Below are positions 29,254 through 37,302 of a DNA stretch of 55,694 nt, piece after piece. Location of the stretch: IMG/VR virus record IMGVR_UViG_3300044711_000046, positions 1-55,694 of that record; one strand, given 5' to 3'. Made by a program: the position numbers and the translations under genes. This DNA comes from a virus (taxonomy: Duplodnaviria > Caudoviricetes). The stretch's first letter is position 1, and the number at the start of each line of letters is the position of its first letter. Under the pieces are notes generated by a model. The model had not been told where the DNA came from and did not search any database. It saw only the letters and a program-made list of their open reading frames with translations.

Positions 29254-29396
29254 CGGACCCGAGACCCTGCGCCAGCATCCCGGACGTGCGTCGCCGAATC
29301 GCAGTTGCCGGTCAAGTCGAGTCCGCCGCGGACCTCGGCGAGGAGGCGAACATTGATGACGCGGACCGTGTCGGTCTTTAGCTTGAGCTTCTTCAT
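29250..29396 (-). CDS. 48-aa peptide resembling a double-glycine RiPP precursor
   Basis: MKKLKLKTDTVRVINVRLLAEVRGG then a 23-aa core; ATGA overlaps at both ends. Confidence 0.55.
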   Translation of the reverse strand: MKKLKLKTDTVRVINVRLLAEVRGGLDLTGNCDSATHVRDAGAGSRVR

Positions 29397-29644
29397 CGGT
29401 TCCTTACAGCCGGCTCGAACTCGCCCTCGACCTCTGGCTTGTCGACCAAATCCTTGAACAGCTTGCCACCGAATTGACTGTAGGCCGTGTTGGCCTGGCG
29501 CTCCGGCATCTGCGTAGAGCGAGACCGTGGCGGCATCAGGGTAACGGTGCACGCGCCGATGGCGACCGAGGACATCTCAACGCCAACCGACGCGGCCCAC
29601 TCGATCATGAGGCGAACCTGCTCGGCGTCGCCCTCAAGACTCAA
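29393..29644 (-). CDS. Hypothetical protein between terL and portal
   Basis: 83-aa coupled ORF. Confidence 0.6.
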   Translation of the reverse strand: MSLEGDAEQVRLMIEWAASVGVEMSSVAIGACTVTLMPPRSRSTQMPERQANTAYSQFGGKLFKDLVDKPEVEGEFEPAVRNR

Positions 29645-29836
29645 GACACGACCTCAACGAGGGCAGAGGGCTCTACATCGCCAAGGCAACATTTGCCGCC
29701 ACGCCAGAACCCGATCTCGGTCGTCTTGTCGATGACGATCAGGACGTCGGTCGGACGCCTCAGACCAAACGCCCCAAGAATTGGGTACGCGAGAACGAAC
29801 ATCTGACCCGGCCGCAGAGCGCTGCGCTCTACAAAC

Positions 29837-31624
29837 CTATGAGTCGTAGTGGAAGTCAAGTGCGACATCTTCCAATTCCCTTTCCTCTCGTAGCACGTAA
29901 GCAGGCGTACCTGCAACAATCTTCGGTGGCTCCTCGCGGAACCTGTGATGGTAACTCTCACGGTGCCCATAGAGACCGGCATCGCTTGCATCCCTAGGGG
30001 TCGAGTCCTCGATTTCCTTACCCTCGGAACTTCGCAACGGCTTCCACCTATGCACCTTCCACTCATTCATGATAACCGAATCCTTACGAAGCTTTACGAA
30101 GCCACGACGGATGTCGTTGTTCATTTGCTTGATGGCCAGGCTTGACTTGTGATGCTTTGTCGCTTCCTGGATCGGAATACTGTACCTGGCCAGCCATTTC
30201 TTCGACCAACCCATCACGGCTGGCTTGCCGCCGCCACCGGCATCCGCGGTGATGAGGCTGATCACGATCTGCGAGCGCGCAGCGTTGAGCCACAGGGCCA
30301 TCTCGTCGTAGTCGAGACCGCTGCGCTTCCAGCTGCCGACCTCGTACAGGATCGGATCATGGAGCGACCACGCCCACGTGACCATCGCAAACGCAGCCCG
30401 GGTCCCGAGGTCGGCGCCAGTCGCGGTGAAGTAGTCGATCTTGCCGAAATTGGGCAGGTCCGCCATCGCGGCACGCAGGTCAAGAAAGCCATCGGGCGCG
30501 AGTCGCACCGGTGCGTAGACGATCTCGTGCTCAGGCACGGCATGGAGCGCGTAGACGTAGCGCGCATCATCCTTGATCCAGCGAGCAAAGTATTCTCGCA
30601 ACAGGTCAGGATCGTCGGTGGACCAGCCGTTTTCCCGGATCGCCTCACCGGCCGAACGTTCCCATCGGACCTTGATAGCAATGGCTTCGCACTCGGCCTC
30701 GCTGGCGAATGGGCCCCACCTATGGGCGTCGGTCTCGATGACATCGACCCAGGTCTCGGGCATGTCATCTGTAGCTGGTCGTAACTCTCGCTTCCACGTG
30801 TGCGTAGTTCGATCAGATCCAGGCTTGCCGAAGATGTTGTCCTCAACAAACCATTCGCCAGCCTCCCAAACGACTCGTCCAAAGAATGGGTTATCGACGG
30901 CCGCAATTCGATGGACCTCCCATCCCTTGGCTCGATCCTCCTCCTCTTCCTTGGTCACCTCATAGAACAGCCCGACGCAATCCTTACCCGGCGTACCGGT
31001 GAGCCAACACTCAGCCGCGAAGTCCTGCATCGCGGGAACGATGACGCTCTTGTAAAAGTCGTCCAGCGTCGGAAGATCCTGCGCCTCGTCGATCCAGAAC
31101 ACATCCTTGGCAATGCCGCGGAGTCGATCGGCTACGCCTTCCTGATCGGCACCGAACAGATCGATCTGTGAGCCGTTACTGAAGTCGACGATCAATTCAC
31201 CCTTGCGAATCCAAGCGGTCACACCGGCAAGGTCCCAGGCCTCGACTCCAGCCTGACGAAGTCGTTTACCCTTCTGTCGGATGATGTCGACGAATCCGGT
31301 CTTGGTGTCGTTGGCCCACGCGCGCTTGCGTGCATCCTTGAGTTTACCGGTGATGTACGTTGCGCGATGATTCGGCTGCTCAAGGCTTCTGCCGAGCAAC
31401 TCACGACAGCCACCGGCTGTAGCGCCGCTGCGTCGGGTTTTCTTTGTCGCCTTGCGCTTGGCTGGCGAGCGGAAATACGCGCGCTGCTTCGGGTAGAAGA
31501 ATCCGCGGATGTCCTCTACCAGCTTTGCGATTAGCGCCGTCGCTTCGGCGACGGCATCCGGCGCCGACTCGCGAGCTGCACGCGCGGCAAGCAATCGAGC
31601 GACGTCGAAGCGGTCCAGATCCAT
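29837..31624 (-). CDS. terL: Terminase large subunit
   Basis: YPKQ Q-motif, TRRSGAT (atypical Walker A), LRG...WIDEAQD, LTGTPG, DNPF, GADLG and DASDA nuclease motifs. Confidence 0.9.
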   Translation of the reverse strand: MDLDRFDVARLLAARAARESAPDAVAEATALIAKLVEDIRGFFYPKQRAYFRSPAKRKATKKTRRSGATAGGCRELLGRSLEQPNHRATYITGKLKDARKRAWANDTKTGFVDIIRQKGKRLRQAGVEAWDLAGVTAWIRKGELIVDFSNGSQIDLFGADQEGVADRLRGIAKDVFWIDEAQDLPTLDDFYKSVIVPAMQDFAAECWLTGTPGKDCVGLFYEVTKEEEEDRAKGWEVHRIAAVDNPFFGRVVWEAGEWFVEDNIFGKPGSDRTTHTWKRELRPATDDMPETWVDVIETDAHRWGPFASEAECEAIAIKVRWERSAGEAIRENGWSTDDPDLLREYFARWIKDDARYVYALHAVPEHEIVYAPVRLAPDGFLDLRAAMADLPNFGKIDYFTATGADLGTRAAFAMVTWAWSLHDPILYEVGSWKRSGLDYDEMALWLNAARSQIVISLITADAGGGGKPAVMGWSKKWLARYSIPIQEATKHHKSSLAIKQMNNDIRRGFVKLRKDSVIMNEWKVHRWKPLRSSEGKEIEDSTPRDASDAGLYGHRESYHHRFREEPPKIVAGTPAYVLREERELEDVALDFHYDS

Positions 31625-31626
31625 CC

Positions 31627-31875
31627 CTACTCGATGGTAGCGAAGCCTTCATCGGTCACGGTCAGGATGCCATCGGCGCGAATCCATGCGCTCGGCTTGC
31701 CGTCGTCGTCATCGGGGGAATCCTTCGGGAGGTTCTCCGTGCGGGACTTGCACGCAAGAATGACGCTGCGTAACGCGATCTCCCAACTGCCGTTCCATGG
31801 CGATATGCACCACAGCAATGGTGATGCGCCATGCCGATTGAAGTACACACGCCAGGCCCCGCGCATCTGGATCAT
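31627..31875 (-). CDS. Hypothetical protein
   Basis: MIQMRGAWRVYFN...; coupled to upstream ORF. Confidence 0.55.
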   Translation of the reverse strand: MIQMRGAWRVYFNRHGASPLLWCISPWNGSWEIALRSVILACKSRTENLPKDSPDDDDGKPSAWIRADGILTVTDEGFATIE

Positions 31876-32105
31876 GACGCCTCCTCCGCGTTCCGTGCCT
31901 CGATCTTCATGCCCATGCGGGCGAGCGCTATCGTGGCGCTGTCTCCGAGCATGAAGATGCGCAGCAGGCACTGCGGACACGTGGCGCGCTGAATCGATTC
32001 GGGCTCCAAGATCCAATCGCCGACAAAGATGGCACTGTCACCTACGACAAGTTTTTCATCGCAAAAGATCTCGCCATCACGTGCATCTGCCTCGACGTGG
32101 ATCAT
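31872..32105 (-). CDS. Hypothetical protein with CxxC
   Basis: ATCPQCL; coupled ORF. Confidence 0.55.
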   Translation of the reverse strand: MIHVEADARDGEIFCDEKLVVGDSAIFVGDWILEPESIQRATCPQCLLRIFMLGDSATIALARMGMKIEARNAEEAS

Positions 32106-32196
32106 TTCTTGGCCGCCTTGATTCGCGCCAGGATCTCTCTCGCCTTGGCCGACAGGCCGGACGGTGCGCCCTTGGGTTTGTCGATCTTGCGGTTGC

Positions 32197-32511
32197 TCAC
32201 GTCGGCGCCATCAGCTTGCAGAAGCTCTCGAACGCTGACCGCAGCCGAACGCCAGCGGCCTGTTGCGCGTTCTGCGCGGCGAGAGAAGCCAAAGCTGCCG
32301 CCTTGAGCTCGGCATAGCAGTCGGCCTCGGAACCGGTCAGGGTGACTCCGACCGGGGGATCGATCGCAGCCGAGGTCTTGGCGAACTCCTCGCTGGATTG
32401 GTCCCAGGGGCGCTGGGCAGCTTCCGCTGGTTCGTGCTTGAGCCGCTTGCGGTCGACCAAGGGAAGGCCAATCATGGTCGTTTCGTCCAGCTTCTTGAGG
32501 TAGTCCGTCAC
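32197..32511 (-). CDS. Small protein with a portal-like segment
   Basis: VDRKRLKHEPAEAAQR vs portal VDRDRLAAQYPDAAAR. Confidence 0.55.
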   Translation of the reverse strand: MTDYLKKLDETTMIGLPLVDRKRLKHEPAEAAQRPWDQSSEEFAKTSAAIDPPVGVTLTGSEADCYAELKAAALASLAAQNAQQAAGVRLRSAFESFCKLMAPT

Positions 32512-32747
32512 GGTGCGTCACCCTGATCGAAGATCGGCCACTTCTCAGCTTGCTGCCTGGTCCAACACAACTCCGGGAACGGCAGATCCTCGGTCGAGCC
32601 TTCAACCCGATACGTTCGGTCCTTGAAGTTAACCCTGCCGATCCTCCGACCGCTGGCATCTCGACAACCAATATCCAGATGGATCGCGCTATCGGGAACT
32701 TCACTGAATCGTACAGTGCCATCCCCCATCGGGCAGTATATCTTCAC
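32508..32747 (-). CDS. Small protein resembling portal fragments
   Basis: 13 of 38 positions identical to the portal GGDVGIEKFPRSE...RVKRVDR segment. Confidence 0.6.
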   Translation of the reverse strand: MKIYCPMGDGTVRFSEVPDSAIHLDIGCRDASGRRIGRVNFKDRTYRVEGSTEDLPFPELCWTRQQAEKWPIFDQGDAP

Positions 32748-32932
32748 TTGCCGTACCCAGGCAGCTTCGTCGGCGCCCCGGGATGTGACTCCGGTGGCGA
32801 CTCGGCCGTCTTGACCTGATCGGAGTCCTCACGCAGGCGGTCGACGCCGGCCGTCGATTCCCAGGTTTTTGGCATCACGCGTGCCTCGGAGATATCCGTA
32901 GATGCGCCCTTGTCTCGTGGTGCGAGTCCCAT
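32744..32932 (-). CDS. Small hydrophilic protein (PRD pair, B)
   Basis: PRD-x6-I[TS]xA[KR]xMP shared with the neighbour. Confidence 0.6.
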   Translation of the reverse strand: MGLAPRDKGASTDISEARVMPKTWESTAGVDRLREDSDQVKTAESPPESHPGAPTKLPGYGK

Positions 32933-32933
32933 G

Positions 32934-33092
32934 TTACTTGCTGCCTTTCTTGCCGCCGCTCGGTGCCGTCATGGCATCCGCAACGGCTAGCGAATTGATT
33001 GGGTTACCGGCGTTGTCGACCGGTGCGGACGGCATCTTCTTTGCCGCCGTGATCTGATCTTCGGAAATTGGGTCACGTGGAACCATGGTCAT
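32934..33092 (-). CDS. Small hydrophilic protein (PRD pair, A)
   Basis: MTMVPRDPISEDQITAAKKMPS. Confidence 0.6.
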   Translation of the reverse strand: MTMVPRDPISEDQITAAKKMPSAPVDNAGNPINSLAVADAMTAPSGGKKGSK

Positions 33093-33097
33093 AGGAA

Positions 33098-33832
33098 TCA
33101 GTCCTCCTCGCAATAGGTTACCTGATTCCGCTTGGCGATGCGATCTACTTCGGCGGTCGCCTTGACCTTGAGCCGCAGCTGCGCCGACCAGTGAGCCGAG
33201 ACGGCATCCTTCTGGTTCTGGGTCCACGTCCATGGGTCGGCGTTACGCCACGACATGCCAGCACCGAGATTCTTTTCTCGATCGGCATGCTGGCGTAGCT
33301 CGATCAGGTCTCGCAACGTTACTCCATCGTACTGGACGTCGAGCGGATCGATTGGATACATCCCAGTTGTGATCGTTCCGCGATCCGGATCTACCGCGGT
33401 GACGATACCCAGATCGATCGGTCCAGCCGAGATCGTACATGTGCCGTCCTGGACCAACGTCGTATAGCGGATCTTCATGATCCTAGCCGGCGAGACATCA
33501 TGATCGTGACGATTGCACTCGGCCACGAACTTGTCCCACGTATCACGATCCAGCGCCAGATACGGCGTCCTCCTGGTTCCGATAATCTCACTATCTTCCT
33601 TGCGCATCTGCGCGATCATGTTGTCGGCCTCATCGAAGATGGTGTTGAGCGCAGCATGCTCACAGCGCGCTGCTTTCTCGACGATAGTCCGCGCGATTGT
33701 ACGTCCATCCCTTCGAGCGCCACGCTGAACGAGCAGGACGAACTGTGAAATTTTCACCATCTCGATCCACACCCTTGAGTCCGGGTAGTGCTCGCGGAAC
33801 ACAGGCGTGAAGACTGCGTGTAGGTCAATCAC
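33098..33832 (-). CDS. Internally deleted major-capsid-like protein with unrelated C-terminus
   Basis: DLHAVFTPVFREHY and IFDEADNMI match capsid DLTAFDPMVKEHY and AFDEFDNGI. Confidence 0.6.
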   Translation of the reverse strand: MIDLHAVFTPVFREHYPDSRVWIEMVKISQFVLLVQRGARRDGRTIARTIVEKAARCEHAALNTIFDEADNMIAQMRKEDSEIIGTRRTPYLALDRDTWDKFVAECNRHDHDVSPARIMKIRYTTLVQDGTCTISAGPIDLGIVTAVDPDRGTITTGMYPIDPLDVQYDGVTLRDLIELRQHADREKNLGAGMSWRNADPWTWTQNQKDAVSAHWSAQLRLKVKATAEVDRIAKRNQVTYCEED

Positions 33833-34086
33833 TTCTTCGCTCCTTGGACCGGTGCCACAACTACGATGGCGCGACGAATCTGCTTGACGTTGTGACGTGG
33901 GATGACATCCACGACCGGGTCTTTTCCACCGGTCCAGGTCATCTGAATATCGCCGTCATCAAGTTCGACCATATCGATGGTCTTCATGAGCCCGTCGGTC
34001 TCGCTCATGCGATCGGTCCAGCGGTCACGGTCGTAGTTGCCCATGGAGATATCGCCATTGAATCGTACGAAGGTTAGTTTCTTCAC
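33829..34086 (-). CDS. Hypothetical protein
   Basis: GTG start overlapping previous stop; KKLTFVRF...IPRHNVK. Confidence 0.55.
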   Translation of the reverse strand: MKKLTFVRFNGDISMGNYDRDRWTDRMSETDGLMKTIDMVELDDGDIQMTWTGGKDPVVDVIPRHNVKQIRRAIVVVAPVQGAKK

Positions 34087-34319
34087 GAAGCATCCTTGTT
34101 GATCAGACCAAGCATCGGATGCCTCCGGCCGGCCATCTCGGTGATAGTGTCGCTGTTGTAGTAGCTGGCGTACATCTCGGCCGTCATCGAGACGTCCATC
34201 ACCTCGAGTTGATGACGACGAGCGTCCCATGCGCGGCGCGCGAATGGTCGCCACCATGGCGGACGTGGCGACATCGCCGCAAGCTGCTCGTCTCGGACCT
34301 CGCGAAGCGACTTCCTCAC
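34083..34319 (-). CDS. Small protein whose C-terminal half resembles the capsid N-terminus
   Basis: 10 of 36 ungapped identities to capsid residues 3-38. Confidence 0.55.
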   Translation of the reverse strand: MRKSLREVRDEQLAAMSPRPPWWRPFARRAWDARRHQLEVMDVSMTAEMYASYYNSDTITEMAGRRHPMLGLINKDAS

Positions 34320-34690
34320 GAAGACACCACTAGTCGCCCTCGCGGCGAGGTCGTATCCTGCACGATGGCCGACATGCCCTCGACAATGGTGGTCACATGC
34401 GACTCGCGAATGATCATGAGTTCCTTGCTGCCATCCTCGGGATCGGGAAACACGAGCTGCTCGCCTCCGTTGGCCAGGCGAAAGAACGTGATGGTATCGC
34501 CGTCCTTGACCTTGAGCGGAACGACAGAACCGGTGTTGGTGATCCGGCCATGGCCGGCGCTCACAACCTCAGCGAAGAGGAACGGCGTGTTATCCAGCGC
34601 GGTCTGCGGGATGTAGAGGCCACCCGAGGTGCGCTCGCCTTGGCTGAGCACGCGGATGATGAGGCGATCGTAGAGAGGTGTCATTTTCAC
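34316..34690 (-). CDS. groES: Co-chaperonin GroES
   Basis: PLYDRLII, ERTSGGLYIP mobile loop, EVVSAGHGR, LKVKDGD, IIRESHV. Confidence 0.9.
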   Translation of the reverse strand: MKMTPLYDRLIIRVLSQGERTSGGLYIPQTALDNTPFLFAEVVSAGHGRITNTGSVVPLKVKDGDTITFFRLANGGEQLVFPDPEDGSKELMIIRESHVTTIVEGMSAIVQDTTSPRGRLVVSS

Positions 34691-35145
34691 TTCAGAAACT
34701 CCTCGATAGGTACATACCTGGACCCACGGTAAGCAGAACGCATGGCGTCGGATGACGGACCATGCGAGGTACAGATGACAGGAACGCCGGGCTCGACGCC
34801 GATGACTTCGAGCATCGCACGCGCGATGCCTTTGCCGCGTTCCATTTGACGGACCCACAGATAGTGGACCGTCGGACACGGCTGATTGACTCCAAACGCA
34901 ATCCAACCAAGGATCACATCGTCGTTTTCATCCCACGCGGTGATCAGGCACCGGCTCCCTGGCAGGTCCATCAGCCGGTCCACGTAGGCGTTGACCTGTC
35001 TCCCAATAGGAGCCCCCATCGAGCGATCGAGCCCGTGTCGCCGCTGGTGATGCGGCACCGCCTTGTGGGCGTGCGTCGACACCATCGAGCGTACCCAAGT
35101 GGATGCCACGAAGGCCTGATCGGAGTCGCGTGGCTGGCGGATCAC
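34687..35145 (-). CDS. GNAT acetyltransferase
   Basis: VHYLWVRQMERGKGIARAML acetyl-CoA binding motif. Confidence 0.8.
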   Translation of the reverse strand: MIRQPRDSDQAFVASTWVRSMVSTHAHKAVPHHQRRHGLDRSMGAPIGRQVNAYVDRLMDLPGSRCLITAWDENDDVILGWIAFGVNQPCPTVHYLWVRQMERGKGIARAMLEVIGVEPGVPVICTSHGPSSDAMRSAYRGSRYVPIEEFLK

Positions 35146-35323
35146 TTCGGATCCTCGAAGTCGCTAAGCGGAAGAGGAACCGTAGCGCCTCGCTGCGTCG
35201 CGCGCAGATTCCGATAGCCTGGGTTCAGCACGAACATCGCAGCATCAGCCTTGCGTACCCTCTCGATGAGGTCATCGACCTCGGCATCGGTCATCGGAAT
35301 GACGCGGAGCCAGTCCGGACGGA

Positions 35324-35704
35324 TCACTTGGGCACCTTGAATAGGGTTGCCCAATCGGATTCGAACTCGTTCGAGAGCTTCGAGCGATCCGATTCGATCG
35401 GAGGAAGCTTGGCTCGCTCGGACTTCCACGCGATGATATCCGGCCATTCGGCCGCCTGCTCCATCAGATCGTTACAGATATGACACGCATCATGGTCGAG
35501 ATACGACCATCGAGTCGGTCCCGAGTTTCTGCATCGTGACTCGCAGTTGTCGTCGTGAACCGGAACGTCAACCATTGGACACGTCTCGCGCTCCCATTTT
35601 CCATTGCGACGCGAGTCGACAACCCATTGCTTGAGCCGCGCGCCAGGCAAGGCGTACATGTCCATGAGCATCGGATCGAACGCCTCGAGGTCCAGCTTGG
35701 CCAT
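35324..35704 (-). CDS. Cys/His-containing protein with capsid-like N-terminus
   Basis: MAKLDLEAFDPMLMDMY vs capsid MAVMDLTAFDPMVKEHY (10/17). Confidence 0.65.
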   Translation of the reverse strand: MAKLDLEAFDPMLMDMYALPGARLKQWVVDSRRNGKWERETCPMVDVPVHDDNCESRCRNSGPTRWSYLDHDACHICNDLMEQAAEWPDIIAWKSERAKLPPIESDRSKLSNEFESDWATLFKVPK

Positions 35705-35985
35705 TAGCGCAACGCCTTTCGCAAAGCCTGGCCGGCCTCGCTGGTATCGGACCACAGCACAGCGCGCTGGTCCGGTGTGAGTTCCTTGGCAACCTTGGCG
35801 ATCTGCTTGCCGCGCAACTGCGCCATGCCAAGACCGTAGGCCGTCATGCCCCATTCCCAGCGCGACGGATGGCCATGCCATGGCACTGGGTATCGCACGC
35901 CGGTGGCGACCAGCGCTTCATACCACTCGCTGCCCGGTCGTAGTGGTTGCAACTGCAGCTGGTCGTCAAGAGACAAGAGACTCAT
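35704..35985 (-). CDS. Hypothetical protein
   Basis: MSLLSLDD...; TAATG overlap with the next gene. Confidence 0.5.
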   Translation of the reverse strand: MSLLSLDDQLQLQPLRPGSEWYEALVATGVRYPVPWHGHPSRWEWGMTAYGLGMAQLRGKQIAKVAKELTPDQRAVLWSDTSEAGQALRKALR

Positions 35986-36342
35986 CGCTTCCCCCTCGGC
36001 AGCTGGTTCGCCGTCAGCTTGCGGCACTTCTCCTGTAAAGGTCGCAGTTGCTGCGTGGTGCAGCGCTGCGTGTCCTCGCCCCAGGGACTCGAGCCGTCAA
36101 GCCAGGTCCATTGCTGCGGCTCGTACTCGACCCATTGGTCGTCTGGCTGATTCATGAGTCCGCCCCGATCACCCATTCGTTTACCGAGCGAGATTTCTGA
36201 TGAAAATAGCTAAGTAACTTCTCTTTTTCATCGCATCGACTCACATATCGATCTGCTTCGTCCTTGCTCAAAAACACAGCCTCTACCTCCTCGCCCGGAC
36301 AGCAGACATTGCCATCTTCGGCCATGACGATCCAGACCGTAC

Positions 36343-36885
36343 TCACTTCAACTCCATAAGCTGGAACCGCCGCTCGGCTCCGCTCTCGTCCGTCGTGGTA
36401 ACCACCGGTGTGGCTTCGCCACCAAACTTGCGGTCCAGGAGATCCTTCGTGGTCTGCGCCCAATCGATTGGTAGCGCATTGGCCTCCACTGGTGCGTGCA
36501 GCGTCTTGCCAGGTACGAACTCCGTTCCGATGGCGCACGCGTGGGCGTCGTACTCGCGACGCGCCAGCTCGGGATCTGTCACGCGCAGCCCACACCAGCC
36601 ACATGCGCACTGGGTGAAAAACTGTTCGATGCCATCGGCACCGAGCACCGACAGCTGTAGCGCGGCGGCTCGGTTGCGCTTGCCGATCCCGGTCCGCAAC
36701 TCGTTCGTGGACTTGGCCGTCAGCGCGTTCTGCTTCGCCTTGAGCTCGATGGCGCGATTGTACTGCGCCTCGCTCAGGTATCCTTCGCGCCTCAGGTCAC
36801 GCGGCGTGCAGTCGACATCGGTGATGCCAATACCGTCGTTGTTGTCGACGAAACCGAAACGGGCACGGGCGATGTCGTCGGTCAT
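36343..36885 (-). CDS. Hypothetical zinc-finger-like protein
   Basis: CACGWCG...YDAHAC; ends RFQLMELK. Confidence 0.55.
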   Translation of the reverse strand: MTDDIARARFGFVDNNDGIGITDVDCTPRDLRREGYLSEAQYNRAIELKAKQNALTAKSTNELRTGIGKRNRAAALQLSVLGADGIEQFFTQCACGWCGLRVTDPELARREYDAHACAIGTEFVPGKTLHAPVEANALPIDWAQTTKDLLDRKFGGEATPVVTTTDESGAERRFQLMELK

Positions 36886-37302
36886 GGCCTTGACTCCACG
36901 AGAAACTTGAGCGCGCTCTCGAGTTCCGTCCATTGCATCACCGATCGCCTGTGGGCATCGGCGTATGCGTCGCGATCGTCACAGGCATCAGCGCGGTGAA
37001 CGCGCTCACGATACGCGGCGTACTTGCGAACCATTCGCATCAAAGATTTGACGCTAACCGGCTCCAGGATCTCTTGCTCATCGGCGCTCATGGCGACGCC
37101 CCGCATCCGCAATGCCAACACACGGGAACGTTGACCTCTCCGTCCGCAAAGCCATCACGTTCGGGTTCGCCTTCTCGCAGCCTGGCTCGCAAGTCTTCCT
37201 CTAGCTTCCGCTCGCCCTCGCTACCCTTCTCCGCGGTGCCATACGCCCATGCGAGCCGCTTCAGCGACCAGTTAGAGGTGTCACCGAGAGGCTGTGGCTC
37301 GC

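Noticed and set aside
29393-32105. Further short matches to virion proteins: FEPAV (29393 ORF vs scaffold), RDGEI (31872 ORF vs nozzle), FVERSALRPGQ (29641 ORF vs capsid), RVYF...PLLWC (31627 ORF vs nozzle)
   Set aside because: Too short to separate from chance by eye; not counted, but worth including in the profile search.
35350-35410. TTCGA-rich stretch resembling tRNA T-loops
   Set aside because: No cloverleaf; lies within a coupled CDS.
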